Source: Thermoplasmata archaeon (GTDB taxonomy: Archaea; Thermoplasmatota; Thermoplasmata; Lutacidiplasmatales; UBA184). From it: a stretch of 64,000 bases of DNA. The stretch covers positions 66,357 through 130,356 of the forward strand of contig DATJUJ010000036.1 in assembly GCA_035502475.1 (NCBI GenBank). The letters are read 5' to 3'. The notes under the pieces were generated by a model. The model made no database searches. It saw only the letters and a program-made list of their open reading frames with translations, and was not told the DNA's origin. Shown here piece after piece: positions 53,148 to 61,971 of this stretch; within the stretch, counting starts at the first letter, position 1, and every line of letters begins with the position of its first letter. A program made the translations under genes and the position numbers.

Positions 53148-53186
53148 GCCGCGCGGGCAAGATAACCGTACCGCCGGTCGCGCAGC

Positions 53187-54446
53187 CTACGTCGGCGGGT
53201 CCCGACCCATCTTCGAGGACGGCAGCGAGAACTCGAACGCCGTCCGTCGGGCCTCCTCCTCGTTCGCCCGCCGCTCCGCGGTGATCGCCCGGACGAACGG
53301 TCGGGCCCCGATCGGCGAGATGATCATGGTGACGAGGCCGACCCCGGCGATCACGGTGTAGAGCGTCTCGGAGATCACGCCCTCGCTCAGCAGGATGACG
53401 GCCATCGCGAGGCCGACCGTCCCCTGGCTGACGACCAGGAACCCTGCGCCGAGCGACTCGTGGCCCGACCACCCGTAGAGCCGGGCGACGCCGGCGCCGA
53501 CGAACACCTTGGCGGCGACCGCGAAGACGACGAGCGCCACGAACGCGAGCAGGGTGACGTCGGAGGCACCGAGGGTCCGGAAGTCCGCGCTGAACCCGAC
53601 GAGCGCGAAGAAGAGCGGGATGAAGAAGCCCCAGGAGATCGCGTCGAAGACGAGGGTGAGCTCGCGGTGCTCGCGGCGCCCGGCGCTCTCGGGGGTCACG
53701 AGGAGCCCCGCGTAGAACGCGCCGACGAGGAACGTGAGGCCGAGGAGCTGGGAGAAGAGCGCGGCGCCGAGGGCGGCGACCATCAGGATCGCGAACCCCG
53801 CGTACCGGGAGCGCCAGGTCGTGCGGAACCACTCGACGAGCCGCTCCCAGGCGCGGCTGCGGCGGGCCGCCCGCAGCCCCCAGTGGACCGCGAGGACGGA
53901 CCCGAGGAACAGCGCGACCGTTCCGACGGCGGTGGCGATCGCGATGGCCGCGTCGGTGCCGCCGGAGTAGAGCCGCAGCAGGACGGCGAAGGCGCTCACC
54001 GCGGTGAGCTCGTTGACCACCGAGACGTTCATCAGGAACGTCCCGAACCGGCTCTCGGCGAGGTTGAACTCCCGCAGCATCACCCCGAGCACCGGGAGCG
54101 CCGTGATCGAGATCGCGAGCGCGACGAACAGGTCGGCGAGCGTCCCGAGCCCGGGGTACAGCAGGTGAACGACGGCCGCCCCGAGCAGGAACGGCAGGAA
54201 GAAGATCGCGAAGCCGAACCCCGCCGCCATCGCCCCGGTCGAGCGCACCTGGGACGGCGACAGCGCGAGCCCGGCGGTCATGAGGATGAAGAACGTCGCG
54301 ACCAGCTGGAGCCCCGAGAGCTCCGTCGACACGGAGGTAAGACCGATGTACGGTCCCAGCAGGGTCGGGCCGAGCAGGACCCCGACCAGCAGCTGGCCCA
54401 CGAGGGCGACCTGCCCGAGGCGGGCGAAGATCTCGCCGACGATCAC
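53187..54446 (-). CDS. Cation/H+ antiporter (CPA2, Kef/NapA-like); true N-terminus probably further upstream
   Basis: 419-aa polytopic ORF. GQLLVGVLLGPTLLG (TM2 motif). About 12 TM. The frame stays open 48 codons upstream and encodes ..TTLLVTGLFLLIALA., but without ATG/GTG/TTG. Confidence 0.8.
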   Translation of the reverse strand: MIVGEIFARLGQVALVGQLLVGVLLGPTLLGPYIGLTSVSTELSGLQLVATFFILMTAGLALSPSQVRSTGAMAAGFGFAIFFLPFLLGAAVVHLLYPGLGTLADLFVALAISITALPVLGVMLREFNLAESRFGTFLMNVSVVNELTAVSAFAVLLRLYSGGTDAAIAIATAVGTVALFLGSVLAVHWGLRAARRSRAWERLVEWFRTTWRSRYAGFAILMVAALGAALFSQLLGLTFLVGAFYAGLLVTPESAGRREHRELTLVFDAISWGFFIPLFFALVGFSADFRTLGASDVTLLAFVALVVFAVAAKVFVGAGVARLYGWSGHESLGAGFLVVSQGTVGLAMAVILLSEGVISETLYTVIAGVGLVTMIISPIGARPFVRAITAERRANEEEARRTAFEFSLPSSKMGRDPPT

Positions 54447-54589
54447 CGCCAGGGCGATGAGCAGGAAGAGGCCCGTGACCAGCAGGGTGGTCGTGTCGGT
54501 CGTGGGCCCCTTCCCTCCTGAGCGCGCGGCGACCGGGCGTGGTTGAGCCGCGTTATCTAGCTTTGCCCGGGACGGGCGTCGCGGGTCGG

Positions 54590-54596
54590 TTTATAG
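54590..54596 (+). promoter_or_regulatory. TATA-like box (TTTATAG) for the SWIM-finger gene
   Basis: Centred about 24 nt upstream of GTG 54617. A second TTATCTA motif lies at 54553..54559. Confidence 0.4.
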
Positions 54597-54616
54597 TCCG
54601 CGCCTCTCCGGAGGCC

Positions 54617-55060
54617 GTGCGGAACGTACGGGGCCCGACCCGACGGCGCCCCACGGCGCCCGAGGACCGAGCGGCGGTGGCGGAGCGACGGGCCCGGGCC
54701 CTCGAGGAGCCGCTCGACATCCGGCTCCGACGGGAGGCGCCGTATCCGCTCTACGAGGTCCGCAACCCGATCCACCGGACGGTCTACCTCGTCATGCTGC
54801 CCGAGTTCCCGGCCCGGACCGGCGAGCTGTGCACCTGCACGGACTTCGCGCGGCGCGGGCTCGGGACCTGCAAGCACATCGAAGCGACCTACCGCTACCG
54901 GATCGAGCACCCAGAACCCGCCCGGGCGCCGGCCGGGACCCCCGCCGAGGCCGTGGCACTCTGGAAGGAGATCGACCGGCGCCTCGCTCGGCCCGCCCCG
55001 GGGCCTGCCCCGATCGCGGTCCGTCGCCCCGGAGCGGTGCTGTTCGAGGACCCCGGCTAG
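54617..55060 (+). CDS. SWIM-type zinc-finger protein
   Basis: CTCTDFARRGLGTCKHIEA matches CxC-x(n)-CxH. GTG 54617 chosen on promoter spacing; the track ORF starts at GTG 54539. Confidence 0.65.
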   Translation: MRNVRGPTRRRPTAPEDRAAVAERRARALEEPLDIRLRREAPYPLYEVRNPIHRTVYLVMLPEFPARTGELCTCTDFARRGLGTCKHIEATYRYRIEHPEPARAPAGTPAEAVALWKEIDRRLARPAPGPAPIAVRRPGAVLFEDPG

Positions 55061-55116
55061 CGCGGACGCCCGCGTTCGGTGGGAAGGAAGGGGTTCCGGC
55101 GGACCGATGGGCGGGT

Positions 55117-56829
55117 CTACGCCGAGGACATGCCCGGGGCGCCCTTGAGCGCCCGGATCTTGTAGTACTCGGGGTCGACGATGACCTCGCCGTTCACGCC
55201 CATCGTCTCGATGGTCTTGAGCGGCGTCCCCGCCTGCTTCTTGGCAGCCTGCCAGTCGGGGATCGGGATCGAGAACTTCTTCTCGACCTCCGTCCGGTAG
55301 ATCGGGCCCGAGTTGTACGAGCAGAACGGGATGATCCGCCCGTCCGGGACCGCGTAGTGGATATCGCAGCGCATCAGGCGCTGGATATCGTAGTCGTACG
55401 CGTCCTGGAAGTGCATGTTCCCGATGTAGAGCGTGCGCCACGTGAACTTCGCGAGGGCCTCCTTGTTGCCCTCGGTGAAGATCCCGGCGATGACCTTCAC
55501 GCAGTTCTTCTCGTTGAGCCCCTCCGGGGACTTCGAGAAGTCGAAGTACTTCGCGACGTCGTGGAGGAGGCGCGCGCCCGCGACGGCCGTCCGCACCCGC
55601 GCGAACCGGGCGTCCCGGTACTTCTCGATCATCGACTCGACGTTCTCGAAGAACCCGTCGACGTCCATGAACCGGGGCAGCGGGGTGATCTTCTCGCCGT
55701 CCTTCGAGACGAACGCGAAGGTGGCGCACCCGCAGCCGGGGTGGGTCGTGAGGGTCATCTTCTCCTCGCCGTGGATGATCGAGACGAGCTCCGAGATCGG
55801 GGCGACCGACGGGACGGGGAAGAAGTCCGACTTCTCGAACGGCCCCTCGGTGCACAGGATGCGGACGAGGTCCGACTGGGTGAACCGCATCTGGAAGCGG
55901 TCCTTGTCGGGGATCCGCGCCGTGAGCGCGACCGGCTGGAAGTTGACGCCGCGGACGACGTCGATGTTGTCGATCGCGAACTTGACCGTCGGCCAGATCT
56001 CCTTCTCGTTGAACCCGCCGACCAGGGTCGGGACCAGCACGACGCTGAGCGGCTTGTCGGGCTTCCCGGCGGCGAGCTCGGTCGCCGGCGAGTGGGTCTC
56101 CCGGGCGGCCTGGATCGCCTTCTGCTTCACCTTGAGCAGCGGCACGCCCCGGACCTTCCGGTAGATCTCGTCGTCCAGCCCATCGAACTGGAGGTAGAGG
56201 GTGTGGAGCCCCGAGTCGCGGCACGCCTGGGCGAACCCGGGTTCGTTGGCGACCCGGATGCCGTTCGTGGCGACCTGGACCTGCTTGAAGCCGAGGTCCC
56301 GGGACATCGAGACCGCCTCGAGGAACAGCGGGGAGAGCGTGGGCTCGCCGCCCGAGAACTGGACGGCGACCGTACCGACCGGCTTCTGCTCCCGGAGCGT
56401 CTTCAGCATGAAGTAGATCTGCTCCCGGGTCGGCTCGAAGACGTACCCGGCGGCGTTCGCGTTCGCGAAGCAGACCGGGCACTTCAGATTGCAGCGGTTG
56501 GTGAGGTCGACGAGGGCGAGTCCCGTGTGCGACTTGTGGTGGCTGCACATCCCGCAGGTCGTCGGGCAGCCGCGGAACTTGTCGTAGTACGGGTTCTCGT
56601 AGCCGACCCCGTCGTGCGCGTAGACCTCCATCCGGAGGTAGAAGTCGACGTCGTTCGAGATGATGTCCCAGAAGTAGCCGTGCGTCCGGCAGGTCTTCTC
56701 CATGATGACCCGGCCGTCCTTCTCCCGCACGATCGCGGGAATGACCTTGATACACTCGGGGCAGACCGACGCCGTCTTCCTGGGCAGGCCCCGGGGGGCC
56801 TGGAATTCCTTCATTACGCGTGCGGGCAT
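55117..56829 (-). CDS. Radical SAM enzyme of the tetraether-lipid-synthase (Tes / GDGT-MAS)-like family
   Basis: N-terminal CPEC..C.THG rubredoxin-like motif, GCPTTCGMCSHHKSHT, and the radical SAM cluster DLTNRCNLKCPVCFA. About 570 aa. ATG 56829 preceded by GGAGAT SD; the track ORF extends to 56883. Confidence 0.7.
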   Translation of the reverse strand: MPARVMKEFQAPRGLPRKTASVCPECIKVIPAIVREKDGRVIMEKTCRTHGYFWDIISNDVDFYLRMEVYAHDGVGYENPYYDKFRGCPTTCGMCSHHKSHTGLALVDLTNRCNLKCPVCFANANAAGYVFEPTREQIYFMLKTLREQKPVGTVAVQFSGGEPTLSPLFLEAVSMSRDLGFKQVQVATNGIRVANEPGFAQACRDSGLHTLYLQFDGLDDEIYRKVRGVPLLKVKQKAIQAARETHSPATELAAGKPDKPLSVVLVPTLVGGFNEKEIWPTVKFAIDNIDVVRGVNFQPVALTARIPDKDRFQMRFTQSDLVRILCTEGPFEKSDFFPVPSVAPISELVSIIHGEEKMTLTTHPGCGCATFAFVSKDGEKITPLPRFMDVDGFFENVESMIEKYRDARFARVRTAVAGARLLHDVAKYFDFSKSPEGLNEKNCVKVIAGIFTEGNKEALAKFTWRTLYIGNMHFQDAYDYDIQRLMRCDIHYAVPDGRIIPFCSYNSGPIYRTEVEKKFSIPIPDWQAAKKQAGTPLKTIETMGVNGEVIVDPEYYKIRALKGAPGMSSA

Positions 56830-56922
56830 CTCGTGATCTCCTACGTTCCGCCCCCCGCGCCGCGGGAGGCTTACCTGGCCCACGAACCCGGGCCTACATA
56901 ATCCATCTGTCGTCGGGGGCGC

Positions 56923-56931
56923 TACAAAAAG
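56923..56931 (+). promoter_or_regulatory. TATA-like box (TACAAAAAG) for 56950..57654
   Basis: AT island ending about 19 nt before GTG 56950. Confidence 0.35.
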
Positions 56932-56949
56932 TGGCCCCCATGACGTGCA

Positions 56950-57654
56950 GTGGCACGGTCGAGCTCGCTACAACCGGGCCTGATTCCTCTCGAGAAACCT
57001 GTCCGGGCAGGCCCGATGGGGCGGTCGAGCCGCGTCCTTATGGCCCGGAGCGCCTCCCCGGAGCCGATGCCTGCCAAACCGAAGCCCCGGACCCGACGTA
57101 AGCCGCCGGCCCGCCGCCCCTCCGCGGCCCGACCGGCCCGGCCCGGGGGGTTCGTCGGCCGGGACTCCTCGCCGGTACTCGATCGGTACCCTCCCAAGGA
57201 TCCCTCCCTGAGCGTCCGGGGTCCCCCGACCCCCCAGGCCCCTCCGGTCCCCGGGGCCGCCCGACCGGCCGCTACCCCCCCGACGACCCCTCCGGCCCCC
57301 GCGCCCTCCAGCCCTTCGGGCGCGCCATCCCCCCCGGGCGCCCCGATGCCGCTGATCAGCCTCGAACGCCCGTTCGATGTCGATGAGTTCTCCTCGCTCC
57401 TGGGGGAGACCTCGATCCGGGTCACGGTGCCGCGCGAGGACCTCCCGGAGGTCCTGAGGCGCGTCACCGAGTTCATGGGATTCGGCATCTACGTCTATGC
57501 GATCGAGGTGAAGCCCGCACCGTCGGACACGCTGAAGTCGTTCCTCGTGGAGCTGCGCCGGGTCGACTACTCGGCCGACAAGAAGGCCTGGGTCGGATTC
57601 GAGGACAAGGGCACCTCCAGTTCGCCGTTCGGTCCGTCCGGTACCCGGACCTAG
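56950..57654 (+). CDS. Hypothetical protein: long Pro/Arg/Ala-rich disordered N-terminal region plus a ~100-aa globular C-terminal domain
   Basis: 234-aa ORF. The C-terminal part LISLERPFDVDEFSSLLGETSIRVTVPREDLPEVLRRVTEFMGFGIYVYAIEVKP..FLVELRRVDYSADKKAWVGFEDKG has ordinary protein composition. Start uncertain. Confidence 0.5.
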   Translation: MARSSSLQPGLIPLEKPVRAGPMGRSSRVLMARSASPEPMPAKPKPRTRRKPPARRPSAARPARPGGFVGRDSSPVLDRYPPKDPSLSVRGPPTPQAPPVPGAARPAATPPTTPPAPAPSSPSGAPSPPGAPMPLISLERPFDVDEFSSLLGETSIRVTVPREDLPEVLRRVTEFMGFGIYVYAIEVKPAPSDTLKSFLVELRRVDYSADKKAWVGFEDKGTSSSPFGPSGTRT

Positions 57655-57741
57655 TAGGGGTACGGGGATCCACCGGTCCGGAACCCCGCGCGGACGCACT
57701 CCCTATGTACGGCGGCCCGTTCCCGCCGCGAGGGGTCTCGC

Positions 57742-57960
57742 ATGGCTTCGGTGTCGGGCGGGGAGCGCTGGGAGGTCGAGCTGCGCCTCCTGCGTGACGA
57801 GCTCGCCAGCCTGAGGAGCGAGCAGCGCGAGATGGCGAAGGCGATCGATCAGCTGGTCACCACCTTCCGGACCCTCGCCACCCACCTCGGCATCGCGGCC
57901 GAGCCGTACAAGGGGAAGGGGAAGTCCTCGGCCGACCACGAACTGCGCGGGTTCGCCTAG
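57742..57960 (+). CDS. Small coiled-coil protein, unknown function
   Basis: 72-aa ORF. ERWEVELRLLRDELASLRSEQREMAKAIDQLVTTFRTLA heptad-like helix. Ends 10 nt before the M61 peptidase gene. Confidence 0.45.
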   Translation: MASVSGGERWEVELRLLRDELASLRSEQREMAKAIDQLVTTFRTLATHLGIAAEPYKGKGKSSADHELRGFA

Positions 57961-57970
57961 CCCGAGTCCC

Positions 57971-59746
57971 ATGCAGATCCGCTACGCCGCGACGGCGGCC
58001 GAGCCGGCCGAGCATTGGGGCCGGTTCTCGATCGACCTCGACGGGGTCGACGCGCCCAGCCTCGACCTCGTCCTGCCCTCGTGGGTGCCCGGCTCCTACC
58101 ACATCCTGAACTACGTGCGGGGGGTCCGCGACGTCCGCGCTCGGTCGGTCCCGTCGGGGACCCCGCTCGCGGTCGAACGGGTCGCCGGGACGCGCTGGCG
58201 GGTCCCGACCGCGGGCCACGCGTCGGTCCGGGTGGAGTACCGGGTCTACGGGCACGGCCTCGTGACGGAGGGGTTCGACCTCACCCCCGAGCACCTGTTC
58301 CTCAACGCCGCCCTCTGCCTCCTCTACGTGGACGGCCACCAGGACGAGCCGGTGGAGCTCGCCCTCGGGGTCCCCCCGGACTGGCAGGTGGTGACCGAGC
58401 TCCCCGAGACCGGCCCGGGGAGCCGCCGCTACCGGGCCGCGAGCTACGACGAGCTGGTCGACAATCCGGTCGACGCGGGCCGTCCGCTCGTCCTCACCGT
58501 CCACCCCCGCGGCATCCCGCATCGGATCGCGATCTGCGGAGAGGGGGGCAACTACGAGGCCCGGCGGATCGAAGCGGACCTCGTGAAGATCGTCGACGCG
58601 ACGATCGAGCTCGTCGGGGAGTCGCCGCTGCACCGCTACACCTTCTTCTACCACCTGAGCGACGTCCCGGACGGCGGCCTCGAGCACGCCGACTCGAACT
58701 CGTGCGTGGTGAGCCGGACCGTCTTCCGACCCGAGGAGTCGTACCGTCGATTCCTGGATCTCACGGCCCACGAGTACTTCCATCTCTACAACGTGAAGCG
58801 GATCCGGCCGAAGGCGCTGCTCCGCTTCGACTACACGGGCGAGCAGTACACCCGCCTCCTCTGGTGGATGGAGGGCGCCACGGACTACTTCGCCGACCTC
58901 ATCCTGCGCCGCGCCGCGCTGCTCACCCCGGCCCAGTTCCTCGACGCCACCGCCGCGAAGATGAAGCAGTACCTCGAGCTGCCCGGGCATCGGAAGCTCT
59001 CCCTCGAGGAGGCGTCGTTCACCGCCTGGGTCGACCACTACCAGCCGTACGAGGAGACCCCGAACGAGTCGATCTCCTACTACGTCAAGGGGAGCCTCGT
59101 CTCCACCTGCCTCGATCTCGAGATCCGCCACCGGTCCGAGAACCGGGCCTCGCTCGAGACCGTGCTCCGGACCCTCTGGACGGAGTACGGCAAGGTCGGC
59201 CGGGGGATCGAGGAAGGGGAGCTGCCCGCGATCGCCCGACGGTCGACGGGGCTCGACGTGGAGCCGTTCTTCGAGCGGTACGTCGCCGGGACCGAGGAGA
59301 TCGACCTCGACGCGTTCGCCCGGTACGCGGGCCTCACCTTCGGCGCCCGGCCGAAGCCGAAGGACGACGACTCCGAGCCGGCCGGCTGGCTCGGCATCCT
59401 GGTCGAGGACCGCGGGGGCCTCGCCCGCGTGCGGACGTCGTTCGCGGGGGGCCCCGGCCGCGCGGGAGGGCTCACGGCGGGCGATGAGATCGTCGCGATC
59501 AACGGGGTCCGCGTGCCGTTCGCGAACCTCGAAAAAGCGCTGCGCGGCCTCGCGCCCGGCTCCCCGATCGAGCTCGCCGTGTTCCGTCGGGGCTACCTGC
59601 GCCGCCTCGAGGTCACCGCCGGGACCCCGCCCCCAGAGAAGTACGTCTTCCGCCCGGTCGCGGACGCCGACGCACGGGCCCGGGCCGTCTACTCCGGCTG
59701 GGTCGGGGCGCCGTGGGAGCCCCCGGCGGCCGACGGCCCGGGCTGA
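57971..59746 (+). CDS. M61-family glycyl aminopeptidase with C-terminal PDZ domain
   Basis: Motifs HEYFHLYNVKRIRP (HExxH) and WWMEGATDYF. PDZ segment GGLTAGDEIVAINGVRV. Confidence 0.85.
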   Translation: MQIRYAATAAEPAEHWGRFSIDLDGVDAPSLDLVLPSWVPGSYHILNYVRGVRDVRARSVPSGTPLAVERVAGTRWRVPTAGHASVRVEYRVYGHGLVTEGFDLTPEHLFLNAALCLLYVDGHQDEPVELALGVPPDWQVVTELPETGPGSRRYRAASYDELVDNPVDAGRPLVLTVHPRGIPHRIAICGEGGNYEARRIEADLVKIVDATIELVGESPLHRYTFFYHLSDVPDGGLEHADSNSCVVSRTVFRPEESYRRFLDLTAHEYFHLYNVKRIRPKALLRFDYTGEQYTRLLWWMEGATDYFADLILRRAALLTPAQFLDATAAKMKQYLELPGHRKLSLEEASFTAWVDHYQPYEETPNESISYYVKGSLVSTCLDLEIRHRSENRASLETVLRTLWTEYGKVGRGIEEGELPAIARRSTGLDVEPFFERYVAGTEEIDLDAFARYAGLTFGARPKPKDDDSEPAGWLGILVEDRGGLARVRTSFAGGPGRAGGLTAGDEIVAINGVRVPFANLEKALRGLAPGSPIELAVFRRGYLRRLEVTAGTPPPEKYVFRPVADADARARAVYSGWVGAPWEPPAADGPG

Positions 59747-60735
59747 TCCCCGCTGGGGAGCGGCACCGCCTTGCGCCCGTACCGCCACTCGCCCTCCATC
59801 GGATAGAGCCGGCGGAGCCGGGTCCCGACCCGGGTTCCCAGGGCGAGACGGACCGGCGCGGCGTCGGTGACCGCGAAGGTGGCGTGCACGGCGGGGGCGA
59901 GCGCGACCAGCACCACGCCGTACGGACCCTGGGCCGCCACCTGGGCATCGAACTCGGTCGGCTGCCCGCCCGGACCGATCGCGGTGGCAGCGACCACGGT
60001 CCCGCCGTCGTACGGCAGGGCGAACGGCACGAGCCCCGACCGCTCCCCGCACCGCGCGCACGCCCCCCGGGCCGGGAACGTCGTCGCCGCGCAGCGGGGG
60101 CACCGCTCCGCGACGAGCCGCCAGCGACTCGGCAGGGACTCGAGGTACCGGGCCCGTGGGACCAGGGCCCCCTCGGCGACGACGCGGGTCGGGGCCTCGA
60201 CCGCGGCCCGGAGCCGGTGGGCGTCGAGCGTGAGCCGGCCCGGGCGGCGGGGGTGATCGATCCAGCCGCCGACCGCCGAGGCAGCGAGCGCGAGCGCCGC
60301 CTCGGCCCCGGTCCCGGTCCCCGGACGCGCGGTCTCGTCCGGCCCGCTCGGGCCCTCCGCGGCGAGCCGGGCGGCGACGGCGAGCGCCCCCTCCGCCGAC
60401 CGGGAGTCCTCGCCCCGTTCGGGCAGGTCGACCGCGACCACCAACGCGTCCTCGGACGGGCGGAGCGCGGCGGCGAGCCCGGAGGGGCCCTCACCGTCGT
60501 GCACGACCCGGACCGGGCGGCCCAGCAGCGGAGCGAATCCCCATTCCGAGACCTCGGGGAACGCGCCGACGAGCCGGAGCACGCCCGGCAGGGGGTCGGC
60601 CGGCGCCGAGGCGAGGAGCCCTTCGAGGGCGGTCGCGGCGAGGGTGAAGGCGTCCTCGTCCGGCCCGGCCGCCGGCCGACCGTCGAGCGTCCAGGCCGGC
60701 CGGTAGACGTACCCTCGGACGACCGTCGGCGGCAC
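59689..60735 (-). CDS. DUF35 (zinc ribbon plus OB) protein fused to an N-terminal degenerate HMG-CoA-synthase/KAS-III-like half domain
   Basis: GTG 60735 in frame in track ORF 59689..61497, 3 nt after the thiolase stop. N-terminal part: VRGYVYRPAWTL..GPDEDAFTLAATALEGLL..ALVVAVDLP. C-terminal part: CPRCAATTFPARGACARCG followed by an OB-like segment. Confidence 0.7.
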   Translation of the reverse strand: MPPTVVRGYVYRPAWTLDGRPAAGPDEDAFTLAATALEGLLASAPADPLPGVLRLVGAFPEVSEWGFAPLLGRPVRVVHDGEGPSGLAAALRPSEDALVVAVDLPERGEDSRSAEGALAVAARLAAEGPSGPDETARPGTGTGAEAALALAASAVGGWIDHPRRPGRLTLDAHRLRAAVEAPTRVVAEGALVPRARYLESLPSRWRLVAERCPRCAATTFPARGACARCGERSGLVPFALPYDGGTVVAATAIGPGGQPTEFDAQVAAQGPYGVVLVALAPAVHATFAVTDAAPVRLALGTRVGTRLRRLYPMEGEWRYGRKAVPLPSGDQPGPSAAGGSHGAPTQPE

Positions 60736-60737
60736 GG

Positions 60738-61937
60738 TCAGCCTCGCTGGAACAGCGCGACGGTCGCCGAGGCCCCGGCGCCGCCCACGTTGTGGGCCAA
60801 CGCCCGCTCGGCGCCCGGCACCTGGCGGGGACCGGCGGCCCCGCGCAGCTGCAGGAACACCTCGTGGACCTGGCTCACTCCCGTGGCCCCGATCGGGTGG
60901 CCCTTCGCCTTCAGGCCCCCGTCCGGGTTGGTCGGGAGACGTCCCGAGCGCGCGGTGGCGCCGGAGAGCGTGAGCGCCGCGGCGCCGCCGGGGCCCGCGA
61001 ACCCCAGGTCCTCGAGGGCCAGGAGCTCGGCGATCGTGAAGCAGTCGTGGACCTCGAGAAGCGCGATCGCGGAGCGGTCGAACGGCGCGTGCCGGAACGC
61101 CGCCTCGGCCGCCCGACGGGTCGCGGCGAACCGGACGAGGTCGTCGCGCGCCTGGACCGCGAGCCGGTCCGACGCGGCGCCGATCCCCTCGACGAACACC
61201 GGCGTATCGGTGAAGGACTTCGCCGGCTCCGGGGCGGCGAGCAGCAGGGCGGCCGCTCCGTCGCTCACCGGGCAGCAATCGTAGAGCCCGAGCGGCTCGG
61301 CGACCCGCGGCGCGCGCCCCACGTCCTCCCGGGTGATCCGCTTCTGGAAGTGGGCGTTCGGGTTGAGCGCCCCGTTCTCGTGGTTCTTGACCGCGACCGC
61401 CGCGAGCGCGTCGTGCCCCTCGGGATGGTCGTGGAGGTAGCGCGAGGCGAGGAGCCCGTAGACGCCGGCGAACGTGAGCCCGGCCGAGCGCTCCCACTCG
61501 GTGTCGCCCGAGACGCCGAGCCAGTAGCGGCGGCGGGCGTTCGTGACGTCGGTCATCTTCTCGACGCCGGCGACGAGCACGAGGTCGGCGGCGCCGGTCT
61601 CGATCGCCCGGACCCCGGCGAGGAGCGCGAAGCCGCCGGACGCGCAGGCGTTCTCGACCCGGGTGACGGGCACGCCGGGGAGCCCGGCCTCCTCGGCGAC
61701 CACCGCCGCCACGTTCCCGATCTGCCAGCCGCCGAACCCGAGCGTCGCGACGAACGCCTCCCCGATCCGGGACCGGTCCATCCCGCGGTCGACGCTCGCT
61801 ACCGCGCGGTCGATCGCCTCGCGGAGGAGCGCGCGGGGACCCGCGTCGAGCGCTCCGAAGCGGGTGTGCCCCGCGCCGACGATCGCCGCTCGATGCCCCA
61901 CCTCGGTCGCCTTCCGAATCGTCTTATCGAGCGACAC
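60738..61937 (-). CDS. Acetyl-CoA C-acetyltransferase (thiolase), archaeal type
   Basis: Motifs AIVGAGHTRFG, nucleophile motif VENACASGG, NPDGGLKAKGHPIGATG. Confidence 0.9.
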   Translation of the reverse strand: MSLDKTIRKATEVGHRAAIVGAGHTRFGALDAGPRALLREAIDRAVASVDRGMDRSRIGEAFVATLGFGGWQIGNVAAVVAEEAGLPGVPVTRVENACASGGFALLAGVRAIETGAADLVLVAGVEKMTDVTNARRRYWLGVSGDTEWERSAGLTFAGVYGLLASRYLHDHPEGHDALAAVAVKNHENGALNPNAHFQKRITREDVGRAPRVAEPLGLYDCCPVSDGAAALLLAAPEPAKSFTDTPVFVEGIGAASDRLAVQARDDLVRFAATRRAAEAAFRHAPFDRSAIALLEVHDCFTIAELLALEDLGFAGPGGAAALTLSGATARSGRLPTNPDGGLKAKGHPIGATGVSQVHEVFLQLRGAAGPRQVPGAERALAHNVGGAGASATVALFQRG

Positions 61938-61971
61938 CTTGAAGCCTCATAACTCAAGGGGCGACCGGATC

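Noticed and set aside
56940-57101. Alternative 54-aa ORF (MTCSGTVELATT..) overlapping the start of 56950..57654.
   Set aside because: Its ATG is only about 10 nt from the TATA-like box, its composition is poor, and the other frame continues into a globular-looking C-terminal domain.
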